DNA of 64,000 bases from the human T2T-CHM13v2.0 reference genome, Homo sapiens. The stretch lies in assembly GCF_009914755.1 (NCBI RefSeq), contig NC_060927.1; one strand, given 5' to 3'. A program made the position numbers and the translations under genes. Positions within the stretch are counted from its first letter, which is position 1. Every line of letters begins with the position of its first letter. A model generated the notes under the pieces. That model did not search any database. It was not told the DNA's origin and was given only the letters and a program-made list of their open reading frames with translations. Below, in pieces: positions 53,340 to 64,000 of this stretch.

Positions 53340-53985
53340 TGTTTTGGTCAGCTTTCTCCAGGGAGAACCAATAGGATATATATAGAGAGAGATGAAAAGT
53401 AAATCTATTATGAGAATTGGTTCACTTGAATACAGACACTCAGAAGTCCCACAATAGGCCATCTTTAACCTGCCAAATAAGGAAATCTGGTAGTCTCGCT
53501 CAGTCCAAGCCTCAGACACAGGGAACCTGATGGAGTAATTCTCAATCCAAGACTGATGCCTAAGAGGCAGGAGCAGGCGCTGCTTATGTGAGCACCGGAG
53601 TACAAAGGCCAGAGAACCTGGAGCTCTGTGTACAACGGCAGGAGAAAAGGGGTATCAGAAATCCAGCAAAGATAGTAAATTTGTTCTTTCTCCACCTTTT
53701 TGTTCCATCCAGCCCTCACTGATTGAAAGGTGCCTGGCCACAATGAGTGTGAATTTTCCCCACTCATTCCACTGACTCAAAAGCCAGTCTCCTCTGGAAA
53801 CACCCTCACAGACATCCCTGGGGCAGCCCAATTATTTTAATCAAAACCAGAACCACCTGGCTTTCCCTTCAGCAGAAGAGAGACATGCTCAGTGCCAACC
53901 GAAGCATTGAGAGTAATTAATGCTTTACCAGCTATCTGAGTAGCCCTTAATCCAATCAAGTTGACACCCAAAATCAATCATCGCA
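53340..53985 (-). mobile_element. MLT2B-like solo LTR
   Basis: tctccagggagaaccaataggatatata...caatcaagttgacacccaaaatcaatcatcgca. Confidence 0.88.
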
Positions 53986-55859
53986 ACCATGAAGAGTAAT
54001 CAACCCAATGTTTTTATCAAATATATTAAATCTAAGCAGCTCACATAAGTGAACAAGAACATAAACACATGCCCCAAAACGCAGTTTATAATTAATTGAA
54101 TCTAATATCTTTATAATTAAGAATATATATCTTGAAACTTATTTGTTACTCAAAATTATTGACAAAGTTGGGCTATGCATGAATCTAGCTGCATTTACCA
54201 CGAGGCATTTACTACCTGTTTTAGAGGAAATGCTCAGATGCGAAGTTTAGTACTTATCAGGTAGAGTTCAGGGCTTATGAAATTTATCATTGCAAGTAAA
54301 TAAATCTGTTACCAGTTGCCTTTTGCAATATTGCAAACTATTTGAGGGCAATTACACAGTATTATTTATCCTTATTATGCCGCTGCCAAATGTAGCATCT
54401 GTTGAATGGTAAAAACTCAGCTTATGTTATTTTTATTAAATAAGTTACGCATCTTAGGTTCTATAAATACATACAAATATTGATTTTGATCCTTTATATA
54501 ATGTTATTTAAATGTGTGTAGATCATTATATTTATAATAAAAATTTGGGGGAAGTTTTAAATTATATATTTCAATAGTTTTAGATTGAGCTATTATATGC
54601 ATTAAGACATTCTGTTAATTCATAAAACAGAATACTGAAGTGGGAAATATGTTAAATACTTTTGATAACAATGTCATTTTTATATGGTCATAACATTTTA
54701 TATGGTTCTAACATAGAACGTTTGATATGGGTCTTACTTTTGTCTTGTGAACATTAGCAAAGGAAAAAGTTTTTTTAAATCACTGTATCCACAAGTCTCA
54801 ACAGAGTGTCAAATACATTTCAAGTGCCCAATAAATCTTTGTTATACTTACACATAAGAATGAGTATAAACATATTCAAAAACAAATAAAAATACACTTA
54901 ATCCTCAGGAAATTAATACTATAGTGGAAGAATCTAAACATCAATATTTAAGTGAAAGTATAAGCTATAGTGAGAGAAGAAAAATGTTTAAATGTGTAAT
55001 AAATGAGCAAAATTTACTGTGACAGGTAAATATGATATATATTTTAAGAGAAAGAGGCAATCAATATTTTCTATAAAATGAAGTGAATGAGAAGGCATAG
55101 AGTTACTGAGATGGAAAAATTTGACTTTCATGATATAAGCATGCACTGAAACCAAAATGTTAGGAAAACAAAATACAATGAAGCAATGACTAAATTTATA
55201 TCAAGAAATTAGACAAAATATTCTACAAAAGAGTTAGGTAATAGTGCTAGAAATGTCAGAGAGAAGAAAAATATAAAGACCAAGTCCAATTAATTCCATC
55301 AGTATAAGGATAATTCAACATCAAGAAATATTTAACATAATTCTTTATAACAATATATCATGAACAAAATCAGATTAATGACTGTTGAAAAGATAGTTAA
55401 TAAAGATAAATAGCTGCTTGTAACTGACAAAACATGAGCCAAACAGTAACAGATAGAACATACTTTTAAAAATTAACCACACAGATCAAACTAAATTCTA
55501 ATATACAAGAAATTACTTCAATTTCCATATAGTGGTATGCACATGGAAACATTTCCAACATTTTTTGAAAGTGCTGATTAGTGAAGTGACAGAACTATTC
55601 TATAAAATCTATACCTTTAGAAAAAAAAATGGACATGATAGCATAGAGGCAAAAGCCAAGAAGCTCAACTGTATCAAAAGTATAAAAAATTGTATAAGAA
55701 GGCTGACTTTAGAGAATTCATATATAAAAAAAGAGATATAAGTATACTGATAGGTACCTTTTATCTATTAAATCATTAAGTAGTTGAAATGGAAATAAAA
55801 ATTATATGCACTATATAATATTGACAAAATGCTCAAATCATACTCATGGATTTTTAAAT

Positions 55860-56850
55860 CTGATTCTGCATTTGTAGTGCTCCAGGTGTTTGGCAGAAAC
55901 AAATGCAAATTCTTTATTTAAGAAGACAGCTTTACACTTTCAAACTAGGATTTAGGGAATTCCTACAAGCAGTAGGACATGACAATGAACAGAACACAAA
56001 ATAACAAAACTAAGCACAAGGGAAAGAAGGCACCACAAGTGAGAAAACAAAAATGTAAACAAAAAAATAAAACAGATGTCAGACTGGTCCTTGAATATTT
56101 CAAATAATAAAACTATCTGACAGACTGTAAGCAACTATGATCATTAAGTCTAAAAATATTTTTCTAAAAACATTGAAAATACCTACAGATATCAGAATAT
56201 TCGGAAAAGTGTCATAGCAGATATAAAAACAAAAAGAATCAAATAGAACTTATAGAATTGTAAAATACAAGAAAGAAATGATGAATTTTTTTATCAATAG
56301 TTTGGACACAGTTGAGAGAAAATTAATCAACTGATATAAATATTAAAAGACATTATGCAGAATTCAACAAAGAGAAACACACAAGTTGAAATACATAAAA
56401 GAGAAGTTAACAGATGAGGAAGAAAGATGTATATGTTTTAGACAATATATTTTATGGGTACCGAAGATTAAGAGAGACAGAGAGACAGACAGAGAGAAAG
56501 AAAGAGACAGAGATATATGGAGACACAGGTTGAGAATTTAGCATAGGCAACAATAGAAGCAATAATGGCTAAGATTAGTCCCCCACCAAACATTAATGTA
56601 TGAATAAATGTTAACTAACTTTGGTATTTTAAAACAATTGCACTGATTTTTGGCTGCTTAAAGTTATAAATATGTAGGAGTATGTATGTGTTTGTGTGTA
56701 TGCCAGAAATAAATAAATGGAATCAAGTTGCCATAAGATTTGTGTGAAAGAAGAATGAAAATATCAGTTTTAAACTTTGATTAAATGTATGATGTTATAT
56801 CTAAAATAATGTTTAAAAATGAATATTCAAGATAACTTTAAACTAATTAG
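55860..56850 (+). mobile_element. Ancient L1ME-like 5'/ORF1 remnant
   Basis: A-rich; ggacacagttgagagaaaattaatcaactg...attatgcagaattcaac resembles degenerate L1 ORF1. Confidence 0.5.
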
Positions 56851-56856
56851 ACATTT

Positions 56857-57420
56857 CTCTATCAGTTATCTGTATTTGTTGAGCATCACCCTAAAATTTA
56901 GTGACCTAGAACAACAGTAATTATATATTCTCTTTTATAATATTGCAGGTCAAGAATTAGAGTGTCTCATCTGGGCCATTCTGGCTCAGGGTTGATTATG
57001 AGGTTACAGTATAATAATGTCTGAGATTGGAGTTATCTCAAAGTCTTTTACATTTACGTATTTTGTAACTGGGATGATAAGACAGAAACAGCTCAGGCCT
57101 GAAACCTCTGAGGCTCTCCAGGAATCTCTGCCTTTTCGAAGAGTCTCCGTTGTGATCTAGCCAGCACTGGAGGTTTAGCATAGACAGAGGCTCAGAGTTA
57201 CCAAATGTGTTTCCTGAGAGTTAGCCAGGTGGAATTTATATCACCTTCTATTTCTTTCAATACATACTATTTCTTAAGTTATACATCCCACCATGGTTTA
57301 GGCAGAAGGAACCTAGGCCTTCTCTCTCAATGGAGAAGCATCCCAGTTTCTGAAGTCTTCCTTTCTTTTTAATTTTTAATATGCTGGGACCCAAAAAAAT
57401 GCATGACCTCTGCAACTTCT
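56857..57420 (-). mobile_element. Old MLT1 (F/G/H-like) LTR
   Basis: caccctaaaatttagtgacctagaacaac...ctgggccattctggctcaggg... Confidence 0.65.
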
Positions 57421-58167
57421 GAAAGGCCCTGACTGGTGTATGCATATGTGTGTGTGTGTGATTATCTAACAGAACAACTATTCTCACATAGGCACATACG
57501 TATATGAGAATAGCCATCAGAACAAAGTTTGTAATAGCATTGAAATAGTAACAGTCCAACTATATAAGAATGGAAAATAAATTGTGGCATATTCTCTCAC
57601 TAGAATGCGTACTACATAGAAAATAAATAAGTCACATGTTCATCTACACAGATACATTTCACTACATAATGTTGTGCAAAAGAAGCAAATGACCAAAGAG
57701 TAGCCAAATAACAATTTCATTCCTGTAAGAGAAAAAGAGATGAAACTAAGATATATTGTTTAGTAAATGCATCTATCTAGTTGTACAATATAAAGAAGAG
57801 CGAGGACTGTATTTTCGTATTTTTGTAACTGCTGAGACTGCAATTACCAATGAGGGAAGGAGAAAGTTAGGTTATCCAGGAAGGATCATGGTGAAGAGAC
57901 TCCCCTTTGCACTGGGAGGTAACTGCATTCACCTTGAGGCTCTCCCTAATTTGATTGTAGTGTCCTTGGTAACAGAGAATATATATTAAACATTTATTGT
58001 TAATTTTGTTTTCCTGTAATGTTTCTATTGGCTCTGAATTGCCTAAATTTGAGAAAGTGAGATGTAGGTTTTGATGTTTAAGAAATTTAGCTTTATAAAT
58101 AAGGTAGCTGGATACTCTGCCTCAGTTACTTTCTTTGGTCTCTGTGTTGCATTAAAGATAGAGGCCT

Positions 58168-58456
<289 letters not shown>

Positions 58457-61400
58457 AAAGATAGAGGCTTGTTAGATTGTGTAATAAATGAGGTCCATTG
58501 TCATGTATGTATATATGTATTGTCTAGATGCAACTGACATCTGAAAAATATTGTCACCAGGTCACTAGCACATATGTAATTAGGCATGTTTCAATTTCAG
58601 CAATTTTATTCTGAAGTGTTTCAAAATTAAGGAGACCTCTCTCTGTCTCCCTCTCTCCACTCTCTCTTTGTCTCTCTCCCTCTGTCCTCCGTCTCTTTCT
58701 CTCCTTCCCCCAACAAAATATATTTTTAATCTTTCATGCATTCAAATCCTTTCTTTGGTCCCACATGGGCCTTCTTTAGGCTATGTCAAATCACAAGCAG
58801 ATCAACACTCATTTGCTTTTCTTCATTCCAATATCACGATTTCTAATTCTTAGAATGTTTTTCAAAAACAAATTTGGGTTTCTCTTCTCATGTACACATG
58901 TAGCACATTTTTCTCTTATTTTATTTATCTGATAATTTTGGTGTAATATTTGAAAGTAGGGGTTTATATTACAGGCTTTAATAACCATATTGTAATTAAA
59001 GACCTAATGAAAACTGTAGCCACGAACAATATACATTTGTAATGTCTGTCTTTTTAAAGGCTTAAAGCACTTTATATTATTTCATATTTTGTGGTCTAGG
59101 CAATCTTTCCTACTAAAAATTAATAGTTTGAACATGTAAGTAGAAGTGGTTCAGTCCAACAACAGGTTTTTAAGTAAGTTTTTTATTGCTTGGTAACCCA
59201 TAGAAAATGTGATTGGATCATAGCACTATTGAGATATTTTAAAGTTATTATATTGCACAATAATTAAGTCTCTGGTAGATTTGTCCAGTAAGTTAAAAAT
59301 CTTACTCTGACGATGATTTTATGGAAGAAGGGAAGAAAATGGTTAGTGGGTAACTAGTGTTTATTGGAAGAGTCTGAACATTATTTGCATGTTAACCAAT
59401 ATTATTTGCAATTGCCCTCTCCTTCTTTCATGTCCTTGATCTCTACACTTCTCTATTCTGGGATAAGTTGTGCTTTTTTATATTTTGGGGTGCTTTTCCT
59501 TTAGACCTATGGCTCGGTCTGGGTCTCTAGAACCATTAGGTTTTTTGGATTCTATTGATTTCTCTTCTTCTTGGATTTATTTCATGCTTGGGTCCTGAAT
59601 GAATACCTAAGATTCAAACACTGGACTAGGTATGTGCAGTTCAAAAGCAATTGTAAGAGGATAGAGTAGAGAATAGAGGAAGCATTTATCTTAAGTGGCC
59701 TTAAATACTTTCAAAGGGGAAATATCTCAAAATAAGGAAGGAAAATGAGAAAGGAAATTTACAAGAGAAATTAACAAGAGACCGATTAGTTTATGCAATA
59801 TGCCCGGGAACTTCCACGGAGACTTTGAGATTTGAGATTAAATCATCCATGGAGACAATGACTCTTTAAAAATTAGCCAATTATGTTATTCACTGAATGT
59901 GTTGATGATCTAAGAATTTTTAATGCTCTTACACTAATGAAATTGCAGCACTATATTAGAATCTGCAAGGTTGCTAGCTTCATTTATATATATACATATA
60001 TATTCAGACATTGAGTCCAGAGGTAGAAAATAAATCAGGTGAAATAATAAACCAACTTAACATAAATTTAAGTTTATTTTCTAACAATAATTTTATGTTT
60101 TGCAGATTAAGAATTAAAAGTATAGAAATTTTAAACGTTAGACTAATGTTATCCATAGATTGCAGAAACGTCACCTCAATCTCTTCAATAATTAAGAAGC
60201 CAAATTAACCTAAACCAAGAACATTTACTTAAAAGGAGAAAAAGAAGTAGTATCTTTGTTAATAGTAGAGTAAATAGAATCACTAAACTGTGTTTGGCTG
60301 TTTAAGTAGAATTAATCGAACAAATTGGTAACATAGACTAGAGAATATAAATTTACATTAGGTAATTGATAAATATTTGTTGAATGTTGAATGACTAGTA
60401 GCTACCTTTTGTCAACTATAATTATTTTTATAAAACAGATTTAACTAATGTCTTTCTGTTTAATTAAAATTACTTTAACTGTAATCCTCAATGGCCCATA
60501 CGTTCGCAGAAAATGAATATTTCAAGCATATTTTTTGTTGCCATTTTTCTTTTTATGTTTTATGTATTTTCTTCCTCTTTTAAAGTTATTTGTTCCCTTT
60601 GAGCAAGAATATTATTCTGTATATTTCCACAATTCCCCAAATTTCTGTATGATTTCTCTATAGATAATAGGGATTCTGTAAGTATATATTCCATAATAGA
60701 AGAATGAATAACTGAACTAATTAATGTTTGGGCTGTCAAAATACTATTAACATTTTTGCTCTAGAAAATGAAAGGTAGAATGTTAAAACATGCATAATTC
60801 AATTTGATTCGATTCAATTCAATTCAATTTCGCATATATTTACTAAGGTCCCACTATCTTGACACTCAATAAAACTGTTACAGGCACTCATTATGAACCT
60901 AATTCAATTTTTTAAAGTGGCATTTAAAAAAAATAAGACAGGTAAGCATACCATAGACAATATAATCATTCACCTTATATAGAAATAATAAGAACTATTT
61001 GTGGAAGCATTGGGATATTTATATATCTCCAAGAAAAAATATATTTTAAAATGCTGAATACATTATTGATAATATTTTAAAACATTATAACAGTATAATT
61101 TATACATTACATACCTAGTAGTTTTTTCCAAATTTACATTTAATAAATTACCTCAAGCAGCCTTTTCTATATAATAATTTAAGCTATCAGGCCACTGGAT
61201 ATCTATAGAACATATTTTATTCATAATTTTCCTGAGGAATAACTACTGGTGTATTTTCTCTAGCCCTGCTCTGTCTGCCTAAGTCTAAAGCAAAAACTTA
61301 ATAAATTATAGTCAATGAGGGATTCGACAAAGTGCAATAATTGGAAATTGCTAATAATCTGTTTCTAATTTGTATTAGAAAAGAAAAATGAGATGAGCCA

Positions 61401-63204
61401 TTGAATGTATTTAAAAATGAATTGCAGTCAGTGTGTATAGTGGCTAACAAGCTTTCAAGCATGGATCATACAAAAGTTAATAATACATACTTAAAAAGCA
61501 GAACAAAGCCTTTATAAATTTTAGAGGAAGATTTTCCAAAATGAATGATAAGGAAGCGTGTTAGTTCAGGCAACTTATTGCATTTTTTAATGTGGAATAA
61601 ATTCTGATTTTGTGAAGTTTTATGAGGAAGAAAACGATAATGTCATTTACCTGAGGTTTTGTATTACCCTATCTCAAAAAATACCAAAGCTGCATTACAA
61701 TTATTATAAAGAAACAAAAAGACTTTGTTCTTCCATATTTTTATAGAAAAAAAACCATATACATTAAAAAATTATTTAAAAATTAACAATATGGCAAATT
61801 GTAGTGGAAATATTTAGCAGTTATTTCCTTGAACTATTAATTACCTAGAAGTAATTGATTTGTTCAAATTACAAATTCAAGAAATTTTTTCAGTGTATTA
61901 TTTAAGCAAAACAATAATTAGTGTGACATTTTTTCTCACTAAATACATAATCTTGAAATTCTACTTCACAGTCAGATAATGGCATTATCAAGTCCTAAAA
62001 CTCAAGTTCAAACCAAGTAAGTTTACATGCATTATTTTCTGCTCCCTTAATTACAAGCCTATTTCACAGGATGGACTTTTCTTCCTTTTAGTACTATTTA
62101 ACATTGTATATTAAAGCATACATAAAATTAATTAAGTTAATGTCAGAATTTTAAAAAACATACAAAAGATCTCTCACATGTTTTTATTTCTATATCCTTC
62201 CTACTCAAAATACTTAAATACCATCTTTGTATTTTGAATTGAAGTTGAGAATTTAGTACAGATAATTTATTTATGTCAGATTATTAAATATACTCAAGAA
62301 AATCTCTTTTGTATATCAACAACAAACTGTTTGCTGGAGAAAATCTTCCTTGGAAGAAGAGAACAAAAATGGCTGTGTATTAACTTATACACGAGGAACA
62401 CTCTTTTGATTTCTAATTCCAGACCTCTGAATTTGATGTAGAGTTTAGGTGATCAAAATAAAAAGTTTAATGATGTCCAATTTTTATCTAAATGGATTTA
62501 CTCTGGTTTAAGATCATATTGGCACATCTATGCATTGCTTCTCACCACTAATGAAGCAATAACTAGATAGGTAGGCTGTGATGGATGGGAAACTACAAAT
62601 TACAAAACACAAACCCAAAACAGGTTAATCTTGATTGGAACTCTGAATGTATTGCCAGCTTTATCCCAGACTTCGCACTGTGCTCCAACCACGTGGAAAA
62701 TTCTGTCATTATTTTCCGTGTCCCAATCCACTCTCTCCCAGCTCCAAATACACAATTACAAACACATTTAATCTATACAGTTCCTTCTCAACTTTCATAT
62801 GACAAAGAATGCAAACCTCTCTCCCACAGCCACCCTAATTTGGAAATTTCCTTATATTAGTTTCTAATTTCTTTTTGAATGAATCAAATATCACCATTTC
62901 AGTTAAATATGTTTTTATATAAATATTTACCTTTACCAGTCTATCTAGAGATATAGAGAGAAGTGTGTCTATAAAATGAATTAATTATATAAGTAATAGG
63001 TATGTTCATATATCCAATTGTGATATAGATATAGTGCTATTTTGTATATTATATGATATTATATTAGAATTAAATATATATATATTTATATTTCAACAAC
63101 CACTTCTAACAACAAATCTTAATCATAATCCTAGTATTTAGTAAAGTGCCTTGATCAGAGGCCATTCTAAAAAATAGTCGTTGTGTGAATGAATGTGTTT
63201 ACAA

Positions 63205-63350
63205 GTGTAAGTTTGAAACCAACCTCCCCTCTCACTATCTCAACTACTTGGAATAGGTTACATCAAAGCTTTGTATTGTACTTATCTGTAAAATGGGAAC
63301 AAGAGTAACATCATGTAGGATTTTTAGGAAGACTTAAATAAGACCACAGG
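63205..63350 (+). mobile_element. MIR remnant (an L2 3' end lies just upstream at ~63115-63196)
   Basis: cttatctgtaaaatgggaacaagagtaac...gacttaaataaga MIR core; upstream tgaatgaatg L2 tail. Confidence 0.6.
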
Positions 63351-63435
63351 ATTGTGCAGCTTTCGAGGCACAATTCATGTGTATCTGTGAGAATTGTTTC
63401 CCCTGCAGCTTTTTTTAAAAATAATGTGCTTAGAG

Positions 63436-63975
63436 TTGTTTTATTTTATTTTTTATTGAGGCATAATATTTGCATATAAAAAAGGAGTACATGTGAATTT
63501 TGGTACATGCATACAATGTGTAATGATCAAACCTGGGTAAGCAGGTTATCCATCACCTCAAATATTTATCATTCTCTTTGTGTTAGGAACATTTCAAGTC
63601 TTCTCTCTCTTGTCTTCTAAAATATATTTTTTAAAATAAATATACCATAAATTCTTGTTGACTATAGTTTCCCTACAATGCTACCATGCATTGAGACTTA
63701 TTGCTTTTATCTCATTGTATTTTTTGATCAATCTTTTTCCATCCTTGCTCCATTTCCCAGCCTCTCGTAACCCCCATTCTACTCACTAGCTTCATTTATA
63801 TGGTAGCTCCCACATATAAATAAGAACATACAATCCTTGTGTTTCTGTCCTTGGCTTATTTTACTGAATACAGTATCTTCCAGATCCCTCGATTTGCTGT
63901 AAGCTGTATGAAGGGTCCTCAAAAAACTAAAAATAGAACTACCACATAATCCAGAAATCCCATTGTTGGGTATTT
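63436..63975 (-). mobile_element. L1MA 3' end (antisense, 63436-~63901) plus short sense ORF2 piece (~63905-63975)
   Basis: T-rich tail and tgtgtaatgatcaa...tccatcacctcaaatatttatc; then sense cctcaaaaaactaaaaatagaactacc. Confidence 0.82.
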
Positions 63976-64000
63976 GTTGTGTAGTTTAAAAACAAGGTGA

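Overview
This is AT-rich, gene-poor primate (very likely human) genomic DNA made up mostly of interspersed repeats. It holds about 14 Alu copies or fragments, L1 copies from old L1M to young L1PA2 and ACG-type L1HS, solo LTRs and internal remnants of MaLR (MST/THE1/MLT1), ERVL (MLT2, LTR16, LTR40) and ERV1, MER DNA transposons, MIR/L2 remnants and long purine/pyrimidine tracts. I cannot support any host protein-coding gene, RNA gene or new gene system: the longer ORFs are broken L1 ORF2, Alu read-throughs or low-complexity artefacts. The notable signals are structural. (1) A 269-bp, ~97% identical inverted repeat of apparently non-transposon sequence flanks a 1,024-bp spacer (15813-17374) and carries octamer, CCAAT and CRE-like motifs. 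(2) There are four 5'-inverted (twin-priming-type) L1s, including one nested inside another, one with a short 3' transduction and one ~210-bp element with a ~1.3-kb internal deletion. (3) A patchwork of locally templated sequence sits inside an ERVL. (4) A young ACG-type L1 has no target-site duplication. (5) Several small tandem duplications look recent. Repeat subfamily names come from recalled consensus sequences, not a database search, and boundaries of old elements are approximate.
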